Positions 25,042 to 41,265 of a stretch of 64,000 nucleotides of DNA are shown here, piece by piece. Source of the DNA: Octopus vulgaris (Eukaryota); NCBI GenBank assembly GCA_951406725.2, contig OX597815.1, positions 74,772,001 to 74,836,000 on the forward strand. Direction: 5' to 3'. Below the pieces are notes generated by a model. It saw only the letters and a list, made by a program, of their open reading frames with translations. It did not search any database and had not been told where the DNA came from. Both the position numbers and the translations under genes were made by a program. Position 1 is the first letter of the stretch, and each line of letters begins with the position of its first letter.

Positions 25042-25269
25042 TATTTCATTTTATTTGCCATAAAGGCAGTATACAGAGTAGCTGCGTGCTGAACAAATAC
25101 ATTAATGAATGAAAATGAAATAAAATGAATAAATGAGAGACGAAACCCAACACCGGTCGATTGGATTTTTCTCGAAAACATATTTTCTTTTTTTTTTTAA
25201 TCAATATGAGGTTTGAAACCTCTTACAAGAAGGAGGTACTAAAACCTCTTACTTAACATGTTTCTTTTT

Positions 25270-26282
25270 ATTTTAAACACGCAATTGAGGTTATAAACCA
25301 CTACAAATGATGCAATAAGATGAGATTTCAAACCCTCTAACGAGGCTTTTTCCCCTCCTTCTCATCGATATTTCCAACAATATATCCATCATTATTTTCA
25401 ATGCCGCTTGAGTTCCTGTATTCCACCATTTCCCATACCTCACTCACGTAGGACATGTAAGTCGTGTTATGGCCACCCGGCCATATGCGAAACTCCTCCC
25501 CAAATCCTTTAAGCCGTTCCCACAAGGGAAACCTTATGATCTCCACAGCTACCTGCGGAGGCTATTCGAGATCCAGTGTGAAGGCCATATCTACTGTCTC
25601 TTTATGTTCTTCTACTATTTTTCCACCTCCCAACCCTTGTAGAAAAATATAATTAATTAATCATATTTAAAGGTGATGGTCGTTTCTTCCACCGTGGGTG
25701 GCACAACTTCGGGACATGCAGACGGCACATCATATCCCACCTGAAATGACCCGCTCTTCTTTCTTTTTTTCTTTTCTTCCTGAATTCGGGAGAGTGGAGC
25801 TCTTCCGCTTTGTCCGGAGTCTCTCCCCCACCCACCGAAGCCTTGGGGTCCTTCGGTGGGCAACCATTGTTGCCCGCCTTCTTCCTTTTTAATCCTTTTT
25901 GGGTTGAGGAGGCTACAACCACATCCACCTCTCCCTTTGACCGGGTAGGGGTGGTGACATCCAGTGACTGTTCAAGGACCTTACTATGGTCCTGGGAGCA
26001 GTTCTTTTTAATGTGTCCTAGCTGCAGGCACGGGTGAGACTTGAGGAGACGTCCCTCAAGTATCACCGGATACCTACAGCCAGCCATTTTAAAAAAATCT
26101 AGGAAAACCAGATCTGTTGCGGCCGATGGGGTCCATAGGGTCAAAATCACTTTTGATCCTTCCCAATCGACCGCCTTACCCTTACATTTATGTATAGCAA
26201 TACCCTTACATTTATGTATAGCTATAGATATACATAAATGTAATTGAGTTGAGGCAACAAGTCTGTCCAGTATTGTCCTCAC
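25270..26282 (-). mobile_element. Decayed ORF1/gag-like segment of a Tx1-type LINE
   Basis: ORF 25653..26282 has PVILEGR followed by degenerate knuckle HPCLQLGHIKKNC and a basic tail. Confidence 0.55.
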
Positions 26283-26308
26283 AGCACGAAGTTAGGTGAA
26301 TAGAAAGC

Positions 26309-26604
26309 AAATAAGTAACAAGGGTGTCCAGGTATCAGTGCATTACGGCCGTTTCAAGTGGCTCAATTTAATCGATCAATTCAAACATTACATCAATTTG
26401 AAATAAACCGCTCCCTTCGGATGCGTACAAATATATAGATTTCTAAGATACAGAGTACTCCATTATAACTTTTTTAAGCAAATTTTTCATCAGTACTAGA
26501 GACTAAAATTTATTGCTTATTTTTGCTATTATTGCAGCGGAATTCTGCTATGGACCCGCTTGAAACACCCGTAATGCACTGATACCTGGACATCTTTGTT
26601 ACTT

Positions 26605-26608
<4 letters not shown>
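26309..26608. mobile_element. MITE, ~300 bp with ~55-bp TIRs
   Basis: aaataagtaacaagggtgtccaggtatcagtgcattacgg... mirrored by ...ccgtaatgcactgatacctggacatctttgttacttattt. Confidence 0.8.
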
Positions 26609-26690
<82 letters not shown>

Positions 26691-27234
26691 GCGCTTGCAC
26701 GCGTGTGTGTGCTATTAATTTCATCTAATGTTTTCAAATACCACCATGATCAACTTTGTCCTCCATCCTTTTGGGCTCGATAAAATAAAAAGACCAGTCA
26801 AATACAGCGGTCAAAATAATCCATTGCTTGTGTTCTTACATCAAAATAAATTCTGGCCTTTTGTCAATATAGGATATCATTGTAAGATATTGTAAAAAGA
26901 TATCTATGTAAGATATCATTTTTTATTTATTCATTTTTTTTTTTGCTGCATTTTTAATCAGATAGATGAAATTGGCTCTTTCAAACCAGTAACTAAATTC
27001 TAGGCACAGTTTCAGAGAAGCACGGCCACATATCATTCTGAATTAAGTCTCATACGATATCTTTTTCTTTTGTTGTTGTTGTTGTTCCTTTTAATCATTG
27101 CTGAAAACGCTTGTTCTAAAAGGGTCTCCACACATTTTCAAAACAGACGAGTTACATTTTGTTGGTTGTGATTACTTTTTTTTTAAACAGAACCTTACTC
27201 CCACTCGCTATTTCTCTTGCATATCTCTATGGGT

Positions 27235-27315
<81 letters not shown>

Positions 27316-27346
27316 GTATGTACGTATGTATATATATACATATATA

Positions 27347-27387
<41 letters not shown>

Positions 27388-27395
27388 GTGTGTAT

Positions 27396-27449
<54 letters not shown>

Positions 27450-27451
<2 letters not shown>

Positions 27452-27755
27452 AGGCGCAATGGCCTAGTGGCTAGGGCAGCGGACTCACGGTCTTAGGATC
27501 GCGGTTTCGATTCCCAGACCGGGCGTTGTGAGTGTTTATTGAGCGAAAACACCTAAAGCTCTACGATGCTCCGGGAGGGAGTGGTGGCAGTCTCCGCTGT
27601 ACTCTTTCGCCACAACTTTCTCTCACTCTTTCTTCTGTTAGCCTGCTCGCTTAGCCAGCGGGGTGGCGTCATTTGAAGGCTAAAACAATGCGAAGCGCAT
27701 TGTGACCAGCGATGTGTAGCAACATCTGATAGCCTGGTCGGTCACGGTGATCACG

Positions 27756-27760
<5 letters not shown>
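27450..27760 (+). mobile_element. tRNA-derived SINE, family A
   Basis: Same head and body as 1907-2215; tail tcacggtga duplicated. Confidence 0.9.
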
Positions 27761-27828
<68 letters not shown>

Positions 27829-28103
27829 TATTTGTTATTTATGTATTGGTTTATATCTATCACTGAGTTGCATAATAGTGGTTTTATTTCTAATTTATAT
27901 TATATATATATATCTTCTAAATTTTTTATGGCTATCTTCCAGTAATATACGTTGATTTTCTCTAACACCTCTCATTCAATCTTTCAAGTGTTGAGAATTA
28001 ACATCACGCTTAAGACTCGGAGTAGTAAGGAGTTTGAACCAAACATATAACCTCTAAGAAATGTGTTGAGTGCCCTTTTTTCTTTTGTCTACTCACTCGT
28101 GTG

Positions 28104-28182
<79 letters not shown>

Positions 28183-28194
28183 TACACACTTTTT

Positions 28195-28400
28195 TCTTTT
28201 ATTCTTTTACTTGTTTCAGTCTGTTGACTGCGTCCATGCTGGAACACCCACTTTAGTCGAGCAGGACTTATCTTTGTAAGCCTAGTACTTACTCTATTTT
28301 TATCTTTTGCCAAATCGCTAAGTTACGGGGATGTAAATATACCACCAGCGATTGTCAAGCGATGTTGGAGGGAGTAACTCAGACACACAAACATATACAG

Positions 28401-28452
<52 letters not shown>

Positions 28453-28471
28453 ACGGGCTTCTTTTAGTTTC
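28195..28471 (-). mobile_element. SINE family B 3' part
   Basis: Matches 24672-24922. Confidence 0.8.
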
Positions 28472-28986
28472 CCTCAGCAGGCAAGGTGATGATTACTGTC
28501 TTTTGGGACAAGAGCGGAGTAGTGATGATGGATTTTCTAACAAAGTATGATAGATTTCCTGGCAATGAATGGGGCATATTATACAGAAACTACAAGACGC
28601 CATCAAAGCAGAGAAGCGTGGCATGCTGTCCAAAGGAGTCCGCCTCCGCCAAGACAACACTCCAGTTGACGATGCGCATGTTTCCCAGATGAAAGTACAC
28701 TCCTGCGGCTATAAAATCCTTATTCATCTCTCTTATTCTCCCGACTCATTTGACTTTCATCTCTTTCCAACCATGAAGTCTCTTTTGAAGGAGAATCACC
28801 TTTCGGGCGATGATGAATTTATTTCAGAGCTTGGCTCCAGACGTAACCGACCGATTTCTACAGACGAGGTCTTCACAACTGCATAAAGCGGTGAGAGAAG
28901 TGTGTCATGACTAATAATCATGCCATGTTTCGTTCACCCCAGTTCTTGGAAGTGGGTAAGGGGAAATTTTTAAGGAACACCCCTCG
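28472..28986 (+). mobile_element. Mariner (DD34D) 3' fragment
   Basis: MITVFWD; QDNTPV..A; YSPDSFDFHLFP; end ...aacacccctcg-TA. Confidence 0.85.
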
Positions 28987-30443
28987 TACACCACCATATG
29001 ATTTTTATATGGAAAATATATGAACTTCCAGAACTAATATTATGATAGTTTAATTTAATTTATTGCAATTTTTAATTCCATTTCATTACAGCGGGAAGAG
29101 GCCGTCTTATATTTCCTTCCTATTTTCCATAATAAAGTTCTCTAATCCTTTTCTATTCTTTTTCTTCTTCTTGTATGTATGTATGTATGTATGTATGTAT
29201 GTATGTATGTATGTATGTATGTATGTAGGTATGTATGTGTGTGTGTATATGTATGCATGGATATGTATGTGTGTATGTATGTAATTGGCAGAAGTTACAA
29301 AAGTGATTCAAGGGTCGAGAATTTCATAACAGCATTTATCAAGCGCCATGCACGAAACTATCGACCCTTGAGTCATTTTTGTAACTTCTGCCTATTAAAA
29401 ATAGAAAAAAGATAACTACATGCTATTAACCCATTCAGACATTTCAGGGACTCACTGGGTCGGTGCTTTCTTTAGCGTTTAGTAGGTGAGATATAAATCA
29501 CCTCATGGACAGTAGGTGATTTTTCTAACACTGTATGTCAATGAGACATTTGTCAATGTTACAGTTCTAAACCCACCACTGTGATCAGTGAGATTACATG
29601 GTTCATCGAAACTGTCAACAGTTAAATGGCTTAACTGTTGATACAGCGCAACTCAAGTGGAGGGATATGAACCTGTTATACTTCGATTAATGAGTTGGCA
29701 CCTAATGTACTCGATCAAGTTAAATGTTTTGAATGCATGAAACTAAAATGTGAACTAACTTCTAGTAAATAATGTAAACAAGCAAATGTTCACTGATGCA
29801 CAAGAATAGACAAATGAATATCTTATTTCACAAACAGAATAAGTAACAAGATGTTTATATACATTCGATCGTATAAAGAGAATTCATTCAAAGAAGCTAA
29901 AAAAGCAACAATAAAAGATAGCCATCTTTTGTATAGGGTTATCATTGACATTAATCGAAAGATTTATATAAAATTCATTAATATAATAAATCAATGGCAT
30001 CTAAATCACTTGTTCAGTGACTTAACATGGAAACACTCTGAGGTTTGTGCATCAATCTAATAAAATCTTGTTTATATCTAATCGATACATCAGTCACAAA
30101 TGTTTATTTCTTTGCGTTTAGCTAAAAAAAAATGTGTATCGTTTATAAATGAAAGTATATGGTTAATACAAATAGAGATAATTGGTCAGATCCTGAAACA
30201 GGCTGGAAAACATAACCATATAATGATTTATTAGCAAACTCCAATCCAAACATCGATTTGTGTCATAGAAACAAAACACATGCTTCGATTTGTAATGCAG
30301 AATTACTTGAATAAAGCATCCAGTAACAGCTCCTACATCATAAAAGCGTGTGGGTTGTTTATCCTCAGGCCAAGCCCGGTGGAACATATACTTACAATCA
30401 AAGACGTCCGGGCATAAACATTTCATCTTTTACTTTTTTTATA

Positions 30444-31724
30444 CAGGGGTTGGACAACATAATGGAAACACCTAGCATCATAGCATCATAATTTTGAAAT
30501 ATCTATAAAACCGTCAAAAGCTTGTTTATTTTTATGGGTTTTTTTTTTTATTATTACTGTTGCTTAATATGTCTTGATAAAATTGCTGTTTTTCTACAGA
30601 TATCATCAGAAGGTAATTAAAATTCGTTAAAATGACAGATCTATCGGACATTCAAAGAGGTCAAATTGTTGGTGCTCGTATAGCAGGCGCGAGCGTAACA
30701 AAAACAACCGAAATGTTTGAGGTATCAAGAAGTACTGTCTCTAAAGTAATGACAGCCTTTGAGAAAGAGGGAAAAACCCACTTCGTCGAAACAAAACTTC
30801 GGAAAAAGACCAAAACTTTTAGATAAGGACCGTCGGATTTTACGCGAATTATTAGAAAGGATCACAAAAGTACAGCTCCCAAAATTACTGCAGAGCTTAA
30901 TGACCACCTCGGGAACCCAGTTTCCACAAAAACTGTTCGATGGGAGCTGCACAAAGCCAGATTTCACGGGAGGGCTGCAATCAGAATAGTACTACTTTCA
31001 AAAACAAACGTTACAAAGCGTTTAGAGTGGAGTAAAAACCTACAGAATCGGTCCCTAGAGCAATGGAAGAATGTTATTTTCTTGGACGAGTTATCCTTTA
31101 CTTTATTTCCGACCACCGGCCGAGTATATGTGTGGAGACAGCCAAAAGAAGCATTTGACCAAGAATGCCTTCTTCCAACTGTTAAATATGGATGAGGATC
31201 TGTGATGATCGGGGGGCTATATCTTGGAAATCCGCCGGCCCAATGGTTTCCCTTCATGGCAGAATTAATAGTCAAGACTATTTAAGCATTTTATCTTATC
31301 AAATTCATTCTATGGTTGCGGAACTGTTTCCGGAGGGAAACGCAATCTTTCAGGATGATAATGCACCAATTTACACAGATAAAGTTGCTACTGAATGGCA
31401 CGAGGAACATTCTAGTGAAGTTGAACATCTTATCTGGTCACCACAGTCCCCAGATCTCAATATTATTGAACATTTATGATGCATTTCAGAAAAAGAAATA
31501 AGGAGTCGATATACTCCACCATCATCACTACAAGAACTGGAGACTGTTTTAGCTGAAGAATGGACAAAATTTCCTTTGGAAACAATTCAGACTCTGTACG
31601 AGTCCATGTCTCGTGGAATTCAAGCTGTAATTACTGCTAAAGTTGTTCTATCCCATATAAAAATAATTTTTTTTGAAATTTTAAGGGTTTTTTTTTTTTT
31701 TTTCATTATTTCGTCCAACACCTG
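30444..31724 (+). mobile_element. Full-length Tc1-like transposon, transposase frameshifted
   Basis: TA-CAGGGGTTGGACAACATAATG ... CATTATTTCGTCCAACACCTG-TA; ORFs with FQDDNAP and SPDLNIIE. Confidence 0.95.
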
Positions 31725-32170
31725 TATGTATTATATCCAATGCATCCTTCCGTTTTAAGACTTTAAAGCTTGGGTGAGATTTGACTACTATTTCTAGTCG
31801 TTTGAACTGGAATTCTGAGGGTCTCATGGTTGGCTAATTGTGTCGTGAGTTCATTCTTGAGGCAGGCCTATTAGATATTCAAGAGCTACAGTTGGAATCT
31901 TGGAATCTTTATTTTGCTTAGGTATTATGATGAGCTTCAGTATTTAGCCATCACTCGCAAATGAGTATGACCGCGTAGGCAACACCGCGTTTCGCTAGTG
32001 TTTTAGGTGCCTATATAGTCGTGAGCAGACAGACATACTTTCAGCCCTCCCATCCCTTATCCATAGGAACATCCAGGATGTGACGAATTGAGGGAGGGAG
32101 GCCCCCCCCCCCCCATTAGCAGCCCTCTTTCCGTGTACAGCAGCCAGATGCTACAGACCGCCTCATCCCA

Positions 32171-32209
<39 letters not shown>

Positions 32210-32439
32210 TTTCTCTCTCTCTTTGTCTCTCTAAAGCAATCGATTTGTGCTGCAGTCAGCTGCTGCAGCTCTCATTCCCTATATAGCACTCACTCCCTAT
32301 ATAGCAGTCGATTAATATCGCCTTTGCTTGATGTAACCCTCTTTCCCTGTATAGCAAGCGGTCATTTTGGGCTGAATACACTGGAGTAGCGGGAAGTTCG
32401 CTGCCTTTCCCAAGGGCACAACGTGCATCTCAGCCCAGA

Positions 32440-32700
32440 AAACGGACTTTACCATCATGAAACCAAGACCCTAGTAATAATAATGCCGATTTTTGCCGCG
32501 TCTTTGGGGACAGTGTTAGAAGGCATGAAGAGGAATATAAGTTTGATTCGGAATAAAGTGCCCAGTAGAGCTATTACAAAAGTTTGCCTCCTTGGTATTG
32601 CTAGAATCGCAGAAAAGATAGCATGGTACCGTAGGCTGTAGGTAATAAGCACACTGCGCAAGACTCCAGGAGTTCCAACAAAACCTGAGTTTTAAAAAAA
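32440..32700 (+). mobile_element. R4/Dong-like LINE 3' tip
   Basis: IMPIFAASLGTV...KVCLLGIARI resembles the REL-domain C-terminus; followed by (AAT)n. Confidence 0.6.
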
Positions 32701-32784
32701 TAAATAAATAATAATAATAATAACATCATCAACAACAACAACAACAACAACAAAAATAATAATAATAATAATAATAATAATTTT

Positions 32785-33745
32785 CAGACCCTTTATTTTT
32801 CTTCGCTTTTAAGCTCCTCTTTCTCTTTTCGGTCTAACACACAGATTTCCTCCGAGAGCATGTATACCCTGCTTGGATTCTTTTACACCATGGATATTTT
32901 CTTTTGTCACTCTCATTATGTTTCTTTTTCTTGACATCAACATCCACGTTTTCTGCTACAACAATACTTGCTCCCTTGATCAAATTATTTGTTTCTGTGA
33001 TGTTGTTTGTTCTGATGTATTTCAGAATTTCATTGACATTTTTCGTTTCTTGGTTCAATTTCCATCGATCAACCTTTTTAAGGCTGCAAATAATGTCGCT
33101 AGCGTTCTCCTTTAGTATTACCTTTATTCTGTGGTTCATTGCCTTTTGTTCATCTGTCATGTCGCCATTAGTTTTGTCTTCTTTTAGATCATCTATATGA
33201 CTCTCATCAAATGAACTGCCACTGATCCATTCCTGTGCTATGGGATTACTCTTATTAGTAGGAACTGCATTTTCATTGTTATCTCTGCTGCTATGATAGC
33301 TTCGAGCTCTACTTCTGTGAACCAACATTTTTTTCTTATTGCTCTAGCTTGATCACATAGTCTGATCCGTAGGTTGAAACAATCCCTTTTCTCTCCAATG
33401 ATCATACATACGTTGTCGGTAATTGCTAATTTGAACACCATTTTCATCTACAGCGCTGCTCAGGTAGTAACACTCCATGACCACAACATTAATTTACTTG
33501 CTCCATCTACGCTTTGTGTGGTGGTCCCTTTCTGGATATCGACAAGCTGGAGCCGGACCAGAATCTCTGAGCCTACCGGGTGTAACACCATCATTACCAC
33601 CGTTATTCACAATATTTTGTTTTTTCATTGTCACTCATATGAGGTAGCGATTATCAGGTTGCGCAATTACCAGTGTTTTTATTGTGACACCATCACTGGA
33701 TGTATCATTAATCAGCCCATGAGGAGGAGGAGGCTCCACCCGTTT
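32785..33745 (-). mobile_element. R4/Dong-like LINE 5' ORF fragment
   Basis: RLCDQARAIRKKCWFTEVELEAI; ITETNNLIKGAS...PW; bounded by (AAT)n/(ATT)n. Confidence 0.75.
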
Positions 33746-34049
33746 TCTTTCATTATTATAATTATTATCATCACTGATATCACTGATATTATTGTTTTTA
33801 TGTGCAGTAGCAGCAGTGGTTGTAGCAACAGCAACAATAGTAGAGGTAGGGTAGTGGTAAGGGTGGTAGTTGGGCCGCAGATTCCTGTGCTATCATAATA
33901 GTAGTAGTTGTAGTATTTATGTAGTGTTAGTAGTATTAGCTAGTAGTGTTAGTAGTATTAGCTAGTAGTGTTAGTAGTATTAGTTAGTAGTATTAGCAGA
34001 TGTAGCATATTATTTTTTTTTAAGAAAGGGCCTGAAAGTAGTAGCGTAG

Positions 34050-35457
34050 GAACTGAAATCAGAAGAGATTCTATAAAGAAATGAATGGAGACTGTACAGA
34101 TGAAAAGTTGATACTAGATGACATTGAAAGTCAAAGGTTTTGGAGTGACATCTAGAGCAAAGACAAGGAGCACAAGAAGGATGCTGAATGGTTGCAAGAA
34201 CTGAAACAAACAGTAGTCTGTCCAAAACAGGCAGAACTAGTCATTTTAGTTAGGGAAGTGAAGAAAATCAGCAAAAAATGAGCAACTCGAAGGCCCCGGG
34301 ACCAAATGGAGTTCAAGGCTACTGGATCAAAAGATTTGGTGAATTTCATGCACGAATAGCTGCGCAACTCAACACCTTGTTAAATGCTGACCACGGAACA
34401 CCAGAGTGGTTTACATTGGGTAATACACTGCTGTGCCTGAAAAACATCGAAAAAGGCAATACAGTAGACATTACAGGCCGATATCCTGTTTGCCACTAAT
34501 GTGGAAGTTATTGACTGGAATACTTGCAGAGTCAATGTACGAACATCTGGAAATAAAATGGAGTCCTGCCACTCCATAAAGCACTATACAAGAAATTGAA
34601 AATGAATGAAACTGAAAATATGTGGGTAAAGAAAAGAATGCATGGTCAATATCATAGGGTTGTTGAAGATATGACAGACAGAGAAAAAAGATGGCTGTGG
34701 ATGGCTAAAAGAGATTTAAAACCGGAAACGGAGGCTCTGATCTGTGCTGCTTAAGAGCAAGCACTAAGAACAAACTACATAAAATACAGAATAGACAACA
34801 CAGCAGAAAGTGATAAGTGAAGAATCTGTGGACAAAACGGTGAAACCGTATGGCATATTACCAGCCATTGTATGCCACTTGCCCAGAAGGAATATAAGAG
34901 ACGCCACAACAATATAGCCAGGCCTGTCTAGTGGACACTCTGCAACAAGTATGGACTTGACAGAGCAAAAACTTGGTACGACCACAAACTTGAAGGCATC
35001 GTCGAAAATAGAAACGCAAAGATCCTATGGGATTTTATGATTCAGTGCGACCATGAGATAAAAAATAGGAAGCCGGACATAGTCTTAATTGAGAAAGAAA
35101 ACAAACTATGCTGGATCATAGATATAGCATGCTCAGCTGACAACAAGGTATGCGATAAGGAAGAAAGAAAAGTTGAGAGATATGACAGCTTAGCTTGGGA
35201 AGTTAATCAGTTGTGGTCGATGAAATGGGTAGCAATAGAACCAATAATTGTCGGAGCCCTGGGAACAATGAGCAAAAATCTCGAGAAGTATGTGGAACAA
35301 ATAGGCGCTGCAATAAGGGTGGAGCACTTGAAGAAAACAGCACTTCTTGGCTTGAATACTCCGGAAGGTGCTCGAAAAATAAGGTGTTACCTTAGTTCAC
35401 TGGTAGTGAACAGCTGACACTGTAGTACATCTCCAGCGTTAGAAGCTGTACAAAGGC

Positions 35458-35460
<3 letters not shown>
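34050..35460 (+). mobile_element. R4/Dong-clade LINE fragment (RT start, CCHC and REL endonuclease)
   Basis: SKAPGPNGVQGYWIKRF; ETEALICAA; ETVWHI; RKPDIVLIEK...IDIA; (AAT)n tail. Confidence 0.88.
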
Positions 35461-35530
<70 letters not shown>

Positions 35531-35584
35531 GTGATGATGATGATGATGATGATGATGAGGAGGAGGAGGAGGAGGAGGAGGATA

Positions 35585-36139
35585 ATAATGCCCTAATGCA
35601 GTACCAGGCAGTGGCTCTCATGGCTTCTGATCTTAACTGATTGGAAGTGTTATTATGTACATTGTTTTGTCTTGGTTTAAAAGATGGGCTACAGCAAATA
35701 TTCTGCTCGATACCACAGTTTTGCTTTGTCAGTTGTTTGACCTTAACCAGTTGACCATGTCCCTTAGTGGCTGACGATATGTGCATCTCTGATCACAAGC
35801 AGAAGTAGTGGGGGAGCATCACAGCCATGTGTTGAGAGGGATTCTTTGGGGTTTGAATACTTCACCTCTGGAAACATGGGTGTTTCGTTCAACATCCTTA
35901 AACAACCCTTATTCAGGGACTTTTTGAGTGGGATGGGCTACTCGACCAGAAGAAAATTCTAACTGGGCCCCACCTGCAAGGTTATGTGCTGTTTATCTTG
36001 ATATGAGATCACCATGTCACGCACATATGGTTGTCATGCATGTGCTTAGTATAGCCTTATCAGACGGGTAGTCATGATGTGTATGATCCTTATATTTTAC
36101 CCCAGTGTCACTTTGATGCCATGGACTGCTCTCTCACTC

Positions 36140-36140
<1 letters not shown>
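35585..36140. repeat. Non-coding segment between (AAT)n tracts, possibly an R4/Dong UTR
   Basis: GC-richer unit bounded on both sides by AAT microsatellite inside the Dong cluster; family assignment is inference. Confidence 0.35.
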
Positions 36141-37409
<1,269 letters not shown>

Positions 37410-37429
37410 CAACAACAATAATAATGATA

Positions 37430-38960
37430 ATGCAAGGAACAGGATCGAAGTGATCAATACTTTAGCCATACCGGTCGTGACTTACAGTTTCAATATCATT
37501 AACTGGTCTATTACTGAAATATGTAACCTTGACAGAAAAACACGAAAATTGTTGACAATGCATAGAATGCACCACCCTAAGGCAGATATAGAACGACTTT
37601 GCCTGCCAAGAAAAGAGGGCGGCCGTGGACTTTTACAACTGGAATTAGCAATAAAGATTGTAACAATTGGCTTAGACACCTACCTGAAAAACTCTGAACA
37701 CTATGTTAAAACTTGTCTCAAAGCATGAAAACAAGAAAGCATCATACTCAGTGACAAAACTGGCAAAGTGAATTCCAAATACAACAAATTCCAGAATTAG
37801 ACATACTAGAAACAAACACAGAAAAGGCTAAGTGTATGAAAATCCGTACTAAAACTGCTGCCTTAAATATTCTTCCTGATAAATGGCAAGAAAAACCTCT
37901 AAATAGCAAATACCCAAAGAGAGAAAATAGTGCCGATGTTGACAAAACCCTTAACCATCAATGATTAGTGTCTTCTGGCTTAAAATCAAAAACAGAAGGG
38001 TTTATCATAGCAGCCCAAGATTAATGCCTACCTACAAGGAACTACCAGGCCAATATATTAAATAACGACAGTAGCCCAACATGTCGTGTATGTCAACAAC
38101 AAAATGAAACAATTGATCATGTTGGCTCCATGTGCAGTGTTCTTGCGCCTACAGAGTATCTCAACAGGCATGATATAGTCACTGGATAATTTGCAAAAAC
38201 CTGGACCTGCCCCATGATAAAAACTGCTGGGAACACAAACCACCTCCAGTGCTTGGAAATGATCACATTTCACTCCTCTGGAACTTCACCATTCAAACTG
38301 ACAGAAAGATAGATGCGAATAGGCCAGACATTATATTGAAAGACTTCCGACAAAAATCATGCCTCCTCATTGGTATGAGTGTCCCAATCGACATAAATGT
38401 ATGTCAAGACCTGCCAAAAACTGAGCAAGTATAAATATCTTGAAATAGAAACTCGCAAAACGTGGAACCTGAAGACTAAAACAATACCTGTTTTCATAGG
38501 TGCCCGAGGAATGATAGCAAAAGGCCCTGGTTCCTACCCAAAAATGGCAGAAATTCAAAAGATAGTGCTCAGGGAACTGTCCATATCCTACGTAAAACAC
38601 TGTCAAATTTTAAAACAAACACATAATTTTCCTATGTTTTCTTAAACATTCTCTAGAACAATACAATATGCAAAACCAAATATATAACACCCTAGGCATA
38701 ACACCAACATGATCTTCTAACTTGTTGCCTGTTGACTGTTATTATGATGATGATAATGGGGACACACTGCTCACTAAGCTAGCAAAAAGTATAAGACCAA
38801 ACAAGAAAGCTTGAAGGAAATGTCGAAACTGTGGCAAGAAAAAGCATTGCATGGGCAATACCACAAAGGAGCTGGAGGAGCTGATGTGGATATGAAAAGA
38901 ACCCATCAGTGACTGCAGAACATTGGTTTGAAAGCCGAAACAGAAGGATTTATCCTAGGA
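37430..38960 (+). mobile_element. Second R4/Dong-clade fragment(s)
   Basis: NTLAIPVVTYSF...LDRKTRK...HHPKAD...PRKEGGRGL; NRPDIILKD; paralogous to 36210-37310. Confidence 0.88.
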
Positions 38961-40920
38961 TGTAGATGCACGTGACTACAGAAATTTCTATGCAGGGACG
39001 AAACAACTGTATGGACCAGTACGAACATCAACTGGATTCCTCCTTGCAGCTGACAATACAAATATCCTGACTGATCTACTAGACATGCTCCTATGCTGGA
39101 TGAAACATTTTTCTATCCTCCTAAACAGAAACTTGAACACGGCTGAGAACGTCCTGAGAAACGTTCCAAATCATCTTCCTCAGCTATGAATGAACAGGGA
39201 GCCTACTTTTCATGAATTCAAGCAAACTATGAAGCATATGATATCAAGGAAGTCTCCATGCCCAGATAACATTCCTTTGGAGCTGATCGAACATAGAAGC
39301 TTATCCTTGCAAAACCGCATCTTCACCTAAACATGTGGAATCTTAACACATTCCTAAAGAACTGAAAGTCATAACAATCATCATAACAATCTTCAAAAAG
39401 TGATCGAAAAGCCTGTAGGAACTATAGAGGAATATTTATACTCTCCATCACTGGAAAGGTCTTTACCATGATACTTCTAAATTGGCTCCAGGCCATCGCC
39501 GAAAAGATCCACGTGGCATAACTGACATGATTTTCTGTGCAAGGCAATGCCAAGAGAAAAGCAGGGAGCGACAAAAGCCCATTTTCCTTTTTTTTTTCTA
39601 TGACTTTGAACAAACCTTTGATAGCATTCCAAGAGATGCTGTGTGGAAGGATTTTCATCATATTGGATCTCCTGATCTCTCTGATTCAAGCAATCCATGA
39701 CATGTCTGGACGTGTATTCCACCAAAAACATACTGTCAGAAGAATTTCCAGTCACGTGCAGACTAAAACAAGGATGCGTCTTGGCACCTACGTTATTCTC
39801 ATATCTGGCTGTAATGCTTCACGAAGTCCTTCCAGACAATCTAGGAGCTGACATCAGATATCGATATGATGGAGGACTTTTCACTCTTAGTAGACTTCGA
39901 TCAAAACATCTAACACACATGCAACACATCTCAGAACTTCAATATGTTGATGGCAATGCTGTCCGCTGTCATTCAAAAGCAGAACTCCAACAGTCTCTGA
40001 ACAACTTTGCTATGGCCTACCATCGCTTTGACCTTACAGTAAACATCAAGAAAACCAAGGTCCTTGCACAAACAGCCCCAAATACCATCTTACCAGATTT
40101 TGATGTTACCATCTCTGATACACCTCTCAAAAAGGTAGAGCATTTCCATATCCAGGCAGCCTTTTATCAAACATGTGCAACTCAGAACAGGATGTGGAAC
40201 GCAAAATTGGAGCTGCACCGGGCAAAGTTAATCAAATGCATCTTCAATAACAAAGATCTTAACTTAACAACAAAAATTATGGTCTATAATGCTGTTGTCA
40301 TTTCAACCTTGCTACATGGCTGCAAAATCTGGACTCTATATCGTTTCGACATCCAAAAATTAGAACACTTTCATCAACAAAAGCTTTGTTCAATCTTGAG
40401 CATCAAATGGAAGCACTATGTCACCAGCAACAAAGTTTTGGAAAGAGCCAACAGTCAAAGCATCGAATCACCGATCATGAAATACCGTTTTCGATGGTCC
40501 AGACATGTAGCAAGAAAGGAAGAGTCAAGGTTCCCACGACAAGTCTTATTCAATGAGCTCACTTCAGGAAAATGATCACGGGGTTGCCCTCTTCGAAGAT
40601 ACCAACTCTAAGCAACCCTGAAAGCCACTGGGATTGAGCCTAAATCGTGTGAAACACAAGACCGAGACTGTACCTAGTGGCGGTGTTCCATCACCATCGG
40701 AACCAGAATTTTCAAAGCCACCAGAAGAGAAAAGGAAGAAATCAAACGACAGGAGAGAAAGGTTCAACAAAATCACCCTTCTCCTCCACCAACATTACCA
40801 TGCAGTAAATTCCATCAACTCTTCCATGCAAGAATTGATCTACATAGTCAGCTATGTCATCACCATAAAGGAAGATTTCAGCAAAGAAGAAACTAAATTA
40901 TCAGATACGAGATGAAGCCA
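38960..40920 (+). mobile_element. RTE-clade (BovB-like) LINE, decayed
   Basis: ORF 39697..40575: LKQGCVLAPTLF, IRYRYDGGLF, LQYVDG (YADD position), RWSRHVARKEESRFPRQVLF. Confidence 0.92.
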
Positions 40921-40959
40921 ACGAGACACACACATACAGAGGATAGGCGGCTGGCAAGT

Positions 40960-41265
40960 TCAGATGCTGACGAAGACACTTTTATGAAGTGTGATCAAAT
41001 GAGGTTTAATTTTACAACATAGTTCCCATTGCAGTCCACGCATTGTTTTTGCAGAGCTTGGATTCCATTAGGGGAGAAGCTTTCATCTTGTTGGTCAAAA
41101 ACGTCATCAGCTGCAGATATAGCGTCATCATCACTGCAATACTGGTTCCCAGTTACGTGTCTTTTCGTGTTGGGGAACAGATAATAGTCAAACCAGGAGA
41201 ACAGGGACGGTGATCAAACAGTTCAAAATCACAGTCATGCACAGCAGCCATTGAAACCAGGACTA
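40960..41265 (-). mobile_element. Mariner fragment
   Basis: Minus strand CDFELFDHRPCSPGLT..YLFPN..K...GNQYCSDDDAI. Confidence 0.7.
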